From Hyalangium minutum (GTDB lineage: Bacteria > Myxococcota > Myxococcia > Myxococcales > Myxococcaceae), in contig NZ_JMCB01000001.1 of assembly GCF_000737315.1 (NCBI RefSeq), positions 310,001-374,000 on the forward strand: a stretch of 64,000 bases of DNA. Reading direction: 5' to 3'. Below, piece by piece: positions 7,411 through 16,857 of the stretch (position 1 is its first letter; the number at the start of each line of letters is the position of its first letter). The position numbers and the translations under genes are program-made. Below the pieces are notes generated by a model, which saw only the letters and a list, made by a program, of their open reading frames with translations, was not told where the DNA came from and ran no database searches.

Positions 7411-10325
7411 AATCGTCAAGGAAGCTGAGCAGCATCACCAGCCGTATGTGGAGCGTGCTGGGAGTCATCCTGTGGCTCACGGCCGCGCCGGCGCTCGCGC
7501 AGAAAACGACGGCGACCATCCGGGTCGACCTCAGCTCGGCCAGCGGGACGACCCGCGGGACGACGGTGCTCGCGGTGAACAGAAACAGCGGCTTCGCAGC
7601 GAAAGGGGTCGCGCGCGCGGACGGCTCTCATCTCCTGACCGGCCTGGAGCCCGGCGAGTACGTGATCACCGTGACCCAGCCCGACGGCAAGGAGGTGTAC
7701 CGGATGGTCACCCTGCAGGTCGGCCAGACCGTGGACCTGGACATCAACCTCGCGGAGGAGGTGGCGCTCGATCTGGGTCAGAGCGAGACCATCGTCGTCC
7801 AAGGGAAGACCCGCGAGAGCTCGACGGCCGAGGTCGCCACCAACGTCAGCCGCGAAGAGATCGAGAACCTGCCCCAGAACAACCGCAACTTCCTCAACTT
7901 CGCGACGCTGGCGCCCGGCGTTCGCGTCTCCAACGACGAGTTCAAAAAGAACTTCTCGTCAGGCGCTCTCGAGGCGAACAACACCAACGTGTTCGTGGAT
8001 GGCGTGAGCCTCAAGAACAACGTCGGTGAAGGCGGGTTGGTCGGTCAGGACTCGAGCCGCGGAAACCCCTTCCCTCAGCTCGCGGTCAGCGGGTTCCGCG
8101 TGGTCAGCCAGAACTACAAGGCCGAGTACGAGCAGGCCGGCGGCGCGATCATCTCCGCGATCACGCGCTCGGGTGGTAACGACTTCCACGGCGATGTCTT
8201 CCTCTCCTTTCAGAACGAGGCCCTGGTGGCCCGGGATTACTTCGCCGTGCAGCGCGGCGAGCTGGAGCGGCCCGAGCTGTTGCGCTCTCAGTTCGGGGCG
8301 GCACTCGGTGGCCCCATCCTGAAGGACAAGCTGCACTTCTTCGCGACCTATGAAGGCAACGTGCAGAATCGTGCGAACCAGGTGACGATAGGGAATCCGA
8401 CGGAGGAGAACCTGAGCCGGTTCGGCGAGTTCCAGGGCAGCTTCAAGAGCCCCTTCCGCGAACACCTCGGCTTCGCGAAGCTGACCTGGAGGCCGGCTGA
8501 CAACCAGACCGTGGATCTCAGCGCCAGCCTCAGGACGGAGACCGACATCCGCAGCTTCGGCGGCATCGTGAGTGTCGAGAGCGCCGAGAACGTGCGAAAC
8601 AACGTGCTCACCGCCGCTGCCAGGCATCAGCTGAGGTTGGGCTCGCTGACGAACGAGGCCACGTTCCAGTTCCTCCATTCGCGGTTCAACCCGATCGCCG
8701 CGAACCCCGGCGTGGTGGGGCAGGACTACGAGGGCGTCATTCGGCTCGGCGGCCGCGACACCAGCCAGGACATCGGCCAGCAGGCGTTCACGCTGCGCGA
8801 TGATGTGACGTTCGCGAACTTCGAGTGGGCCGGCCAGCATGTGGTGAAGACTGGCGCCCAGGTCTCCCTCCAACAGTACCAAATCGAGCGCACGCTCTAT
8901 GGGAACCCCCTGTTCCGCTTCAGGAATGACGCAGCCAACGGCCTCAGCTATGACTTTCCGGCTGAAGCCTCCTATGGCATCGGCGACCCGAGGGTGACCT
9001 CCAACAATACGCAGTTGGGCGTGTACCTCCAGGACGACTGGGAGATCGCAAAGAGGCTGACCCTGAACGTGGGCGTCCGGTGGGATGTCGAGAGCAACCC
9101 GCTGAACAACCACTACGTGACTCCCGAAGATGTCCGTGCGGCGGTCGAGGAGCTCGCTGGCATCGTCGCAGAGACGAATGGGCCTGACTTCTTTCCGGTC
9201 GAGAACTACCTGACCAACGGTAAGCAGCGCCCCGTCTTTCTGGGCGCGGTGCAGCCGCGGCTCGGCGTGGCCTTCGACGTGATGAACAACGGGCGCACGG
9301 TTCTCTTCGCCGGCGCTGGGCGCTACTACGATCGCACGCTGTTCAACACCGGAGTGGACGAGCGGCTTCGTCTTCAATACCAGGTCCGCACGTTCCGGTT
9401 CTCGGCGGACGGCTCACCCCGCAATGGTCAGCCGACCATCGCCTGGCGGCCCGAGTACCAGAGCCGGGAGGGGCTTGATTCGCTGATCGAGAGCGGCGTG
9501 GCACCCGCCCCGGAGATCTTCCTGCTGGAGAACGACACCAAGCCGCAGTTCAGCGACCAGTTCAGCGCCGGCGTCCGGCAACAGATAGGACCGGCCAACA
9601 CCTCGTTGACGCTCACGCACATTCGCAGCAAGAACGGCATCGGCTTCTACCCCGCCAACCGCAGGTCGACGGGCAACCGCGACTTCATCCCCACGCCGGG
9701 CGGCTTCGGCAACGTCCTCATCTCGGTCGACGATCGAACCTCCGTCTACAGCAGTGTGCAGGTCTCGGCGGAGAAGTCCTACTCGAGCGAGCTCTCGAAG
9801 TGGGGCATTGAGTGGGGCGCGTCCCTGACCTACACCTTTGGCATTGCCCGGGAGCGCGGGACGAACTTCAACTTCGACTACCCGACCGTCAAAGACAGCC
9901 CTGTCACGCCCACCACTACCGATGAACGCCACCGCCTCGTTCTCTCCGGCATCGTGGGGCTGCCGCTGCAGTTCAAGCTGTCCACGCTGATCACGCTCGG
10001 CTCCGGCCTGCCCTACACCATCTCCGATGCATCCAAGGGCTTCGGGCCCACCGAGTTCGTGCTCAGCCGCAATGGAGGCCGGGCGGAGGACTTCATCCAG
10101 TTCAGCCAGGTGGATGTCCGGCTGGCGAAGGACTTCACGATCGCCGAGGGCCGTCGGATCAACGTCTTCGCCGAGAGCTTCAACCTCTTCAACTCCAAGA
10201 ACTTCGGTGGATACGATGGATTCATTCCGCCAGAGGCAGAGCCTGCGAACCCGAAGTTCGGTCAGCCCTCGTCCCTGGTCGGTCCGCCGCGCAGCTTCCA
10301 GTTCGGGATGGGCTACAGCTTCTAA
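7407..10325 (+). CDS. TonB-dependent receptor with N-terminal carboxypeptidase-regulatory-like domain (Oar/SusC-like)
   Basis: Signal peptide ending ALA, LEPGEYVITV domain, plug motifs IENLPQNNRNF.NFA.LAPG and AEYEQAGGAIISAITRSG, YLQDDW, C-terminal GMGYSF. ATGA overlap with lacI. Confidence 0.92.
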   Translation: MKSSRKLSSITSRMWSVLGVILWLTAAPALAQKTTATIRVDLSSASGTTRGTTVLAVNRNSGFAAKGVARADGSHLLTGLEPGEYVITVTQPDGKEVYRMVTLQVGQTVDLDINLAEEVALDLGQSETIVVQGKTRESSTAEVATNVSREEIENLPQNNRNFLNFATLAPGVRVSNDEFKKNFSSGALEANNTNVFVDGVSLKNNVGEGGLVGQDSSRGNPFPQLAVSGFRVVSQNYKAEYEQAGGAIISAITRSGGNDFHGDVFLSFQNEALVARDYFAVQRGELERPELLRSQFGAALGGPILKDKLHFFATYEGNVQNRANQVTIGNPTEENLSRFGEFQGSFKSPFREHLGFAKLTWRPADNQTVDLSASLRTETDIRSFGGIVSVESAENVRNNVLTAAARHQLRLGSLTNEATFQFLHSRFNPIAANPGVVGQDYEGVIRLGGRDTSQDIGQQAFTLRDDVTFANFEWAGQHVVKTGAQVSLQQYQIERTLYGNPLFRFRNDAANGLSYDFPAEASYGIGDPRVTSNNTQLGVYLQDDWEIAKRLTLNVGVRWDVESNPLNNHYVTPEDVRAAVEELAGIVAETNGPDFFPVENYLTNGKQRPVFLGAVQPRLGVAFDVMNNGRTVLFAGAGRYYDRTLFNTGVDERLRLQYQVRTFRFSADGSPRNGQPTIAWRPEYQSREGLDSLIESGVAPAPEIFLLENDTKPQFSDQFSAGVRQQIGPANTSLTLTHIRSKNGIGFYPANRRSTGNRDFIPTPGGFGNVLISVDDRTSVYSSVQVSAEKSYSSELSKWGIEWGASLTYTFGIARERGTNFNFDYPTVKDSPVTPTTTDERHRLVLSGIVGLPLQFKLSTLITLGSGLPYTISDASKGFGPTEFVLSRNGGRAEDFIQFSQVDVRLAKDFTIAEGRRINVFAESFNLFNSKNFGGYDGFIPPEAEPANPKFGQPSSLVGPPRSFQFGMGYSF

Positions 10326-10339
10326 AGAGGAGTCTCCAC

Positions 10340-11788
10340 TTGAGAGCACGCCCAGGGAGCCAACAGCTTCTCTCCGTCATGATGGCTGCGTCACTCCTCG
10401 CGAGTGGGCCCGTGGGCTGCGCCGACAGCCTCTCGAGCCTGCGTCCACCTTCGAGCGCCCCGCCAAGCTCATCGGAAGAGGTGCTGGAAGACCTGGAGCA
10501 GCGGACCTTCCGCTACTTCTGGGAGACGGCCAACCTGGAGAACGGCCTGGTCCCGGATCGGTATCCGAGCCCATCGTTCAGCAGCATCGCCGCCGTCGGT
10601 TTTGGCCTGACGGCGTACGGCATTGGCGTCGAGCGGGGCTATGTGAGCCGCGAAGCCGCCCGCGAGCGGGTGCTGGCCACGCTGCGCTTCTTCCGCACCG
10701 CTCCGCAGGGCCCTGAGGCCAGCGGCACGAGCGGACACCAGGGGTTCTTCTACCACTTCCTGGACATGAAGTCGGGGCACCGCTTCGAGACAACCGAGCT
10801 CTCCACCGTCGACACTGCCCTGCTTCTCGGGGGGGTGTTGTTCGTGCAGTCGTACTTCGATGGTGCCGATCCTCAGGAAGTGGAGATCCGGAGACTGGCC
10901 GACGAGATCTATCGCCGGGTCGACTGGCGCTGGGCGCAGGCGAGGCCGCCTGCCATCTCACACGGCTGGTCGCCGGAGGCCGGCTTCATCCCTTATGACT
11001 GGATTGGCTACAACGAGGCGATGTTGCTGGTGATTCTCGCGCTGGGCTCGCCGACGTTTCCCGTCGAGCCTGCGGCCTGGCAGACATGGACCTCTGGCTA
11101 CAAAGAGCAGTGGGGCACCTTCTTCGGCCAGGAGCATCTGAGCTTTCCTCCGCTCTTCGGCCACCAGTACAGCCATGTGTGGGTGGACTTTCGTGGCATC
11201 CAGGACAGCTCCATGCGTGCCCGAGGGATCGACTACTTCGAGAACAGCCGCCGAGCCACGTATGCGCAGCGCGCGTATGCGATGGCCAATCCCAAGGGCT
11301 GGAAGGGGTACGGCCAGGACATCTGGGGATTGACCGCCTGCGACGGGCCGGCCGACATGGAGCTCGAGTACCGGGGGGAGCGCCGGAGGTTTCACAGCTA
11401 TTCTGCTCGCGGCCCGGGTCTCAATGACGACGGCACGCTGGCGCCCACCGCGGCCGCCGCGTCCATCCCGTTCGCGCCAGAGATCGCGATCCCGGCGGTC
11501 ATGGAGCTGCGCCGCCGCTACGGCGAGCACATCTATTCCACCTACGGCTTTCGGGACTCCTTCAATCCCAGCTTCGAGTACGACGTTCCGCTCAAGGATG
11601 GCCGCCGGGTGCCGGGCCTCGGCTGGGTGGCTGGCGACTATCTCGGCATCGACCAGGGGCCCATCATCGCCATGATCGAAAACCACCGGAGCCAGCTCGT
11701 GTGGCGGGTGATGCGCAAGAACCCCTATATCCGCGCGGGCCTCGAGCGTGCGGGGTTCCAGGGCGGCTGGCTCGAGGAGAAGCCGTGA
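10340..11788 (+). CDS. Glucoamylase-family / GH144 (endo-beta-1,2-glucanase-like) protein
   Basis: TFRYFWETAN..NGLVPDR, SIAAVGFGL, GFFYHFLD, ELSTVDTALL, WIGYNEAM, PLFGHQYSH, YGFRDSFN, YLGIDQGPI, typical of the Glycoamylase/GH144 family. TTG start after GAGGAG. Confidence 0.82.
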   Translation: MRARPGSQQLLSVMMAASLLASGPVGCADSLSSLRPPSSAPPSSSEEVLEDLEQRTFRYFWETANLENGLVPDRYPSPSFSSIAAVGFGLTAYGIGVERGYVSREAARERVLATLRFFRTAPQGPEASGTSGHQGFFYHFLDMKSGHRFETTELSTVDTALLLGGVLFVQSYFDGADPQEVEIRRLADEIYRRVDWRWAQARPPAISHGWSPEAGFIPYDWIGYNEAMLLVILALGSPTFPVEPAAWQTWTSGYKEQWGTFFGQEHLSFPPLFGHQYSHVWVDFRGIQDSSMRARGIDYFENSRRATYAQRAYAMANPKGWKGYGQDIWGLTACDGPADMELEYRGERRRFHSYSARGPGLNDDGTLAPTAAAASIPFAPEIAIPAVMELRRRYGEHIYSTYGFRDSFNPSFEYDVPLKDGRRVPGLGWVAGDYLGIDQGPIIAMIENHRSQLVWRVMRKNPYIRAGLERAGFQGGWLEEKP

Positions 11789-13083
11789 CGGTGACTGGCG
11801 CGCGGTCAACGTGGCCGAGAGCCCGCCGGCTCGCCGTCGCCGCGCTCGTCTGCTGCCTGGCCGCCTGCACCGAGTCCGCGTCGGGCGAGCTCGTGCTTCA
11901 GTTCTGGGCGATGGGACGGGAAGGTGAGGTGGTGGCCGAGCTGACCCGCGACTTCGAGGCCAGCCATCCCGGGATCCGCGTCAAGGTGCAGCAGCTTCCC
12001 TGGCAAGGGGCGCACGAGAAGCTCTTGACCGCGTTCGTGGGCGACGCGACGCCCGACCTGGCGCAGATGGGGAACACCTGGATCCCGGAGTTCGCTGCGC
12101 TCGGAGCACTTTCCGCGCTGGATTCGGCAACCGCGGCGTCGCCCCTCGTCGAAAAGGAGGACTACTTCCCCGGCATCTGGGACACCAATGTCGTCGATGG
12201 CCGCCTCTTCGGCGTGCCCTGGTACGTCGACACGCGCCTGCTCTTCTATCGGCGCGACCTCCTGGCCCAGGCCGGCTTTGCTCACCCGCCCAAGAGCTGG
12301 GACGAATGGAGGGAGATGCTCGTCGCCATCAAGCGACTGCCTGGCGCGGAGCACTATTCGATCCTGTTGCCTCTCAACGAGTTCGAGCCCCTGCTGCTCC
12401 TGGGGCTACAGCAGGAAGAGCCACTCCTGCGCGAGGGAGGCCGCTGGGGCAACTTTCGCAGCCAGGGCTTTCGGCGCGCCCTCGGCTTCTACCTGGAGAT
12501 GTTCGAGAAGGAGCTGGCGCCTCGCGCGACCAACACTCAGATCGCGAATGTGTGGAACGAGTTTGCCCGCGGACATTTCGCCTTCTACATCACCGGTCCC
12601 TGGAACATCGGCGAGTTCAAGCGCCGGCTGCCCCAGGAGCTCCAGGGGAGCTGGATGACGGCGCCGCTGCCCGGCCCCGAGGGCGCCGGCCTGTCGAGTG
12701 CCGGAGGCTCGAGCCTGGTGGTGTTCGCGGACTCACGGCGCCAGGAGGCGGCTTGGAAGCTCATCGAGTACCTGTCACGGCCCGACGTTCAGCGCCGCTT
12801 CTACGCGCTGTCGGGCGACCTGCCGCCCCGCCGGTCGAGCTGGGAAGCCTCGGCGCTCAGCGGCGACCTCCATGCTGCCGCGTTCCGTGAGCAGCTCGAG
12901 CGGGTCGAGCCCACGCCCAAGGTGCCGGAGTGGGAGCGCATCGCGACCGAGCTGAGAATCGTTGCCGAGCAGGCGGCGCACGGAGGCTTGAGCGTCGACG
13001 CCGCGGCCGCGGAGCTGGATGCGCGCGCCGATCGGATCCTGGAGAAGCGGCGCTGGATCCTGGAGCGGGAGGCGGGACAATGA
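11785..13083 (+). CDS. Carbohydrate ABC transporter substrate-binding lipoprotein
   Basis: Lipobox LAAC, QFWAMGREGE, TPDLAQMGNTW, VPWYVDTRLLFYRRD, ITGPWN. GTG 11785 overlaps the upstream stop. Confidence 0.92.
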   Translation: MTVTGARSTWPRARRLAVAALVCCLAACTESASGELVLQFWAMGREGEVVAELTRDFEASHPGIRVKVQQLPWQGAHEKLLTAFVGDATPDLAQMGNTWIPEFAALGALSALDSATAASPLVEKEDYFPGIWDTNVVDGRLFGVPWYVDTRLLFYRRDLLAQAGFAHPPKSWDEWREMLVAIKRLPGAEHYSILLPLNEFEPLLLLGLQQEEPLLREGGRWGNFRSQGFRRALGFYLEMFEKELAPRATNTQIANVWNEFARGHFAFYITGPWNIGEFKRRLPQELQGSWMTAPLPGPEGAGLSSAGGSSLVVFADSRRQEAAWKLIEYLSRPDVQRRFYALSGDLPPRRSSWEASALSGDLHAAAFREQLERVEPTPKVPEWERIATELRIVAEQAAHGGLSVDAAAAELDARADRILEKRRWILEREAGQ

Positions 13084-13958
13084 AGGCCGCACGCGCCGGG
13101 TGGTTGTTCGTGCTGCCCGCCCTGCTCATGATCGCCGTCTTCTTCTTTCTGCCCGTCCTGGCCGCGCTGGGCCTCAGCCTGACGGACTTCGACATCTACG
13201 CCCTGGTCCGGCTCGACAACCTTCGTTTCGTCGGGGGCGGCAACTATCTGCGCTTGCTCCAGACTCCCTTGTTCTGGAAGGCGCTCGGAAACACGCTCTT
13301 CTTCGTCATCGCCGGAGTTCCACTCTCGATCACGGTCTCGCTCGCCTCCGCGCTGCTCCTCCACTCGGCGGTGGCGCGCGGCAAGGCGATCTTCCGCACC
13401 GCACTCTTCGCGCCGGTGGTGACCACCCTGGTCGCGGTCGCGGTGATCTGGAACTACCTGCTCCACACCCGCTATGGCCTGATCAACTCCCTCCTCGGAC
13501 TGGCCGGCATCCATCCGGTTGACTGGCTCGGAGATCCCAACTGGGCGATGCCGGCGATCATCCTGTTCGCGGTGTGGAAGAACTTTGGCTTCAACATGGT
13601 GATCTTCCTGGCCGCGTTGCAGAGCATTCCGGAGGAGCTGTACGAGGCCTCGCGCATCGAAGGCGCCACCGGCCCCCAGCAGCTGCGCTTCGTCACCCTG
13701 CCTGCGCTCGCGCCTACGCTGGTCCTGGTCAGCACTCTGACCATGGCCGGCTACTTCCAGCTCTTCGCGGAGCCATACGTCCTGACCCAGGGCGGCCCAC
13801 TTCAAAGCACGACCAGCGTCCTCTATTTCATGTACGAGGAGGGCTTCAAGTGGTGGAACCTCGGCTCCGCCTCGGCGGTTGCCTTCCTTCTCTTTCTGCT
13901 GGTCCTCGCGGTGACAATGGCGCAGTCCTTCGTCTTTCGCCGTTGGAGTGAGCCATGA
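13080..13958 (+). CDS. Carbohydrate ABC transporter permease (CUT1, MalF-like)
   Basis: Multiple TM helices and the EAA loop LQSIPEELYEASRIEGA. ATG 13080. Confidence 0.93.
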   Translation: MKAARAGWLFVLPALLMIAVFFFLPVLAALGLSLTDFDIYALVRLDNLRFVGGGNYLRLLQTPLFWKALGNTLFFVIAGVPLSITVSLASALLLHSAVARGKAIFRTALFAPVVTTLVAVAVIWNYLLHTRYGLINSLLGLAGIHPVDWLGDPNWAMPAIILFAVWKNFGFNMVIFLAALQSIPEELYEASRIEGATGPQQLRFVTLPALAPTLVLVSTLTMAGYFQLFAEPYVLTQGGPLQSTTSVLYFMYEEGFKWWNLGSASAVAFLLFLLVLAVTMAQSFVFRRWSEP

Positions 13959-14776
13959 TGCCGCGGTCGCGGGCCCTCCTGGTGAATGTCGCATTGTTCG
14001 CGGCTGCGGCGCTCAGCCTGGGTCCCCTCTTGTGGATGGTGTCGGTGTCCTTCATGGCCCCGGGGGAAGCGAGCAGTTCTCCACCGCCGTTGTTCCCTCA
14101 CCAGGCCACGCTCGAGAACTACCGCCAGCTCTTCGCCCAGACCCGCATGGGTCGCGGCTTCGCCAACAGCCTGTTCTTGGCCACAGCGGCCACCCTGCTG
14201 GCGCTCCTCTTCAACGTCAGCGCGGGCTATGCGTTCGCCAAGCTGCGCTTCGCCGGCCGCGAGCGCATCTTCCGGATCCTGCTGGGCGCCCTCATCATCC
14301 CGGCGCAGGTCGCCATGATTCCCCTGTTCCTGCTGCTCAAGAGCATGGGGCTCGTCAACACGTACCTGGGCGTGCTGCTCCCGTCGGTGGCGAACGTCTT
14401 CGGCATCTTCCTCGTGCGCCAGTACGCGCTCTCCATTCCAGACGAGCTGCTCGAGGCGGCTCGCATCGACGGGGCGGGCGAGCTCCGCCTCTTCTGGTCG
14501 ATCGTGCTTCCGGCGCTGGGGCCGATCCTGGTGACCCTGGCGATCTTCACCTTCCTGGGTTCGTGGAATGACTTTCTCTGGCCGCTCATCGTGCTCACCG
14601 ACGACGACCGCCACACACTGCCCGTCGCACTGGCTTCGCTGACGCGAGAGCACGTGCAGGACAGCGAGCTGATGATGGCCGGTGGCGTCATCACGGTGCT
14701 GCCAGTCCTGGCGCTGTTCCTGGTGCTGCAGCGCTATTACATCCAGGGCCTCCTGGCAGGGAGCGTCAAGGGATGA
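13955..14776 (+). CDS. Carbohydrate ABC transporter permease (CUT1, MalG-like)
   Basis: EAA loop SIPDELLEAARIDGAG, WNDFLWPL, FLVLQRYYIQGL.AGSVKG. Confidence 0.93.
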   Translation: MMPRSRALLVNVALFAAAALSLGPLLWMVSVSFMAPGEASSSPPPLFPHQATLENYRQLFAQTRMGRGFANSLFLATAATLLALLFNVSAGYAFAKLRFAGRERIFRILLGALIIPAQVAMIPLFLLLKSMGLVNTYLGVLLPSVANVFGIFLVRQYALSIPDELLEAARIDGAGELRLFWSIVLPALGPILVTLAIFTFLGSWNDFLWPLIVLTDDDRHTLPVALASLTREHVQDSELMMAGGVITVLPVLALFLVLQRYYIQGLLAGSVKG

Positions 14777-14818
14777 AGACAACCCACCCTGAGTTCAACC
14801 TCTCACCTTGAATCACAC

Positions 14819-16189
14819 ATGACAAAGACCATCGAGTTTCCGCGGAACTTCCTCTGGGGTTGCGCCACCTCGGCCTATCAGATCGAGGGCTCGCCGCTCG
14901 CCGACGGAGCCGGCCCTAGCATCTGGCAACGCTTCATGCACACGCCCGGCCTGGTGCCCAGCGGCGATACCGGCGATGTGGCCTGCGATCACTACCGGCG
15001 CTACGTGAGCGATGTGGCGCTCATGCGCGAACTGGGCATGCAGGCCTATCGCTTCAGCGTCTCCTGGAGCCGCATCCTGCCCAACGGCAAGGGCGCCGTG
15101 AACCAGGCCGGCCTCGACTTCTACGACCGGCTCGTCGACGAGCTGCTGAAGAGCGGCATCGAGCCGCTCGTGACGCTGTTTCACTGGGACCTGCCAGCCG
15201 CGCTCGACGATCTGGGCGGCTGGCTCAATCCAGATATCGCGAGCTGGTTCGCCGACTACGGGGACACGCTGTTCCGCCGGCTCGACGACCGGGTGAAGAA
15301 GTGGGTGACGCTGAACGAGCCGTGGGTGGTGTCCGACGGCGGCTATCTGCACGGCGCACTGGCCCCCGGTCACAAGAATCTGTTCGAGGCGCCGATCGCC
15401 TCGCGAAACCTCATGCGGGCGCACGGCGCTGCGGTCCAGGCCTATCGCGCCACGGGCAAGCACCAGATGGGCCTGGTGGTGAACCTCGAGCCCAAGTATC
15501 CCGCCTCTGACAGCGCGGCGGACCAGGCGGCGACCGCGCGCGCGGACGCGTACATGAACCGGCAGTACCTGGATCCCGCAATGCTCGGAACGTGTCCGGA
15601 TGAGGAGCTGACCGAGGTCTTCGGCGAGGCCTGGCAGCCCTGGTCGGCAGAGGCGCTGAAGCTGACGCGGCAGCCGCTCGATTTTCTTGGCATCAACTAC
15701 TACACGCGGAGTGTGACGCGCTTTGACGAGCGCTCCTGGCCGCAACGGGCCGCGCCGGTACGGCAGAAGCAGGCCACGTACACCGAGACCTCATGGGAGG
15801 TATTTGCGCAGGGGCTCCTCGACACGCTCGTTTGGGTGAAGAAGCGCTACGGAGATATCCCGCTCTACATCACCGAGAACGGTGCTGCCTTCTTCGATCC
15901 TCCGGTGGCTGAGGGCGGCCGTGTCCGAGATCCGCTGCGAGTCGACTACCTGCGCAAGCACCTCACCGCCGTCCACACGGCCATCCAGCAGGGCATCGAT
16001 GTCCGCGGCTACATGGTCTGGTCCCTGCTCGACAACCTCGAGTGGTCGCTCGGCTTCTCCAAGCGGTTCGGCATCGTCCACGTCGACTTCGAGAGCCAGA
16101 AGCGAACCCCCAAAGACAGCGCGCGCTTCTACTCGCGCGTGATCGCCACTCACGGTGCTGCCGTGAGCGAGCCGCCAGACGAGAGGTAA
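14819..16189 (+). CDS. GH1 beta-glucosidase
   Basis: FLWGCATSAYQIEG, ACDHYRRY, TLFHWDLP, acid/base TLNEP, nucleophile YITENG, WSLLDNLEW, RFGIVHVDF. Confidence 0.96.
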   Translation: MTKTIEFPRNFLWGCATSAYQIEGSPLADGAGPSIWQRFMHTPGLVPSGDTGDVACDHYRRYVSDVALMRELGMQAYRFSVSWSRILPNGKGAVNQAGLDFYDRLVDELLKSGIEPLVTLFHWDLPAALDDLGGWLNPDIASWFADYGDTLFRRLDDRVKKWVTLNEPWVVSDGGYLHGALAPGHKNLFEAPIASRNLMRAHGAAVQAYRATGKHQMGLVVNLEPKYPASDSAADQAATARADAYMNRQYLDPAMLGTCPDEELTEVFGEAWQPWSAEALKLTRQPLDFLGINYYTRSVTRFDERSWPQRAAPVRQKQATYTETSWEVFAQGLLDTLVWVKKRYGDIPLYITENGAAFFDPPVAEGGRVRDPLRVDYLRKHLTAVHTAIQQGIDVRGYMVWSLLDNLEWSLGFSKRFGIVHVDFESQKRTPKDSARFYSRVIATHGAAVSEPPDER

Positions 16190-16205
16190 TTCAAAGTCGA
16201 TCCAC

Positions 16206-16245
16206 AAAAGGCCCCGCGTCCCCTCCTTCAGGAACGCGGGGCTCT
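16206..16245 (-). terminator. 40-bp hairpin element, copy 2; terminator between convergent GH1 gene and small ORF
   Basis: aaaaggccccgcgtcccctccttcaggaacgcggggctct, with an 8-bp GC stem and TTTT on the minus strand. Confidence 0.8.
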
Positions 16246-16261
16246 GACTCACAGACGGGGG

Positions 16262-16591
16262 TTAGGACGGCTGAACCGGCAGCGGCAGCTGCGGCCCCTG
16301 GGCCTCCAAGGCCGGGGACACCTCCGCAGTGAGCGCCTCGACCAGTTGGAGCACCTGCTCCAGTGGGATGCCTTGGATGTCAAGCACCGCCTTGCCCTTC
16401 TGGTTGCGCAGCTTCACCTGCACCAGCGTTCCCTTGCCCTTGGGGAAGCGCCGCGCCACCGCCGCGGAGTACTGCTCGGCCAGCTCCACCTTCTCCGGCG
16501 GCAGCGGCTTGCTGGAGGTGGGGCGGCGCTTGCGCTGCAGCGCCCGGCGCATCTGGCCCACGCTGCACGCGCCGAACGGCTTCACCGCCAC
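16262..16591 (-). CDS. Small basic hypothetical protein (about 95-110 aa; start uncertain: GTG 16591, GTG 16585 or ATG 16552)
   Basis: Protein-like run RRALQRKRRP...KGTLVQVKLRNQKGKAVLDIQGIPLEQVLQLVEAL with GC-rich third codon positions, a terminator directly downstream and a palindrome upstream. Confidence 0.55.
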   Translation of the reverse strand: MAVKPFGACSVGQMRRALQRKRRPTSSKPLPPEKVELAEQYSAAVARRFPKGKGTLVQVKLRNQKGKAVLDIQGIPLEQVLQLVEALTAEVSPALEAQGPQLPLPVQPS

Positions 16592-16655
16592 GACAAGGAT
16601 AGTCCGCGATCGCGGCCTGTGCCTGTCGCGAGTCCCCCCAGCAACCGCCGTCTGA

Positions 16656-16675
16656 AAGTCTAACCAGTTAGACTT
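16656..16675. promoter_or_regulatory. Perfect 9-bp inverted repeat (operator-like)
   Basis: AAGTCTAAC-CA-GTTAGACTT in an AT-rich patch upstream of the small ORF. Confidence 0.6.
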
Positions 16676-16832
16676 GGCCGCAGAGGAGCCATGAGCTCCC
16701 GCGCGGGAAACCCTGGTCCTGGGTTCATAGGGGACCGTCCTCTTCCAGGACACTGCGCCCGGCCCGGCCAGCTCGAATCCCTTCACCCTCTTCCCGGTGG
16801 AAGGGTGGCTGCGCGCCCAGAAGTTCCAAGCG

Positions 16833-16857
16833 GCGGGTTCGATTGCCGCCGCCTCCA
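16833..16857 (+). mobile_element. Degenerate tmRNA/tRNA-Ala-like 3' end (att-site-like relic)
   Basis: GCGGG-TTCGATT-GCCGC-CGCCTCC-A is a T-arm (one mismatch) plus acceptor strand CGCCTCC and discriminator A. No 5' half of an RNA gene is recognisable. Confidence 0.55.

Noticed and set aside
16833-16857. Intact tRNA or tmRNA gene
   Set aside because: Only a T-arm and 3' acceptor strand are present, with a stem mismatch and no CCA or 5' half; kept as an att-like relic instead.
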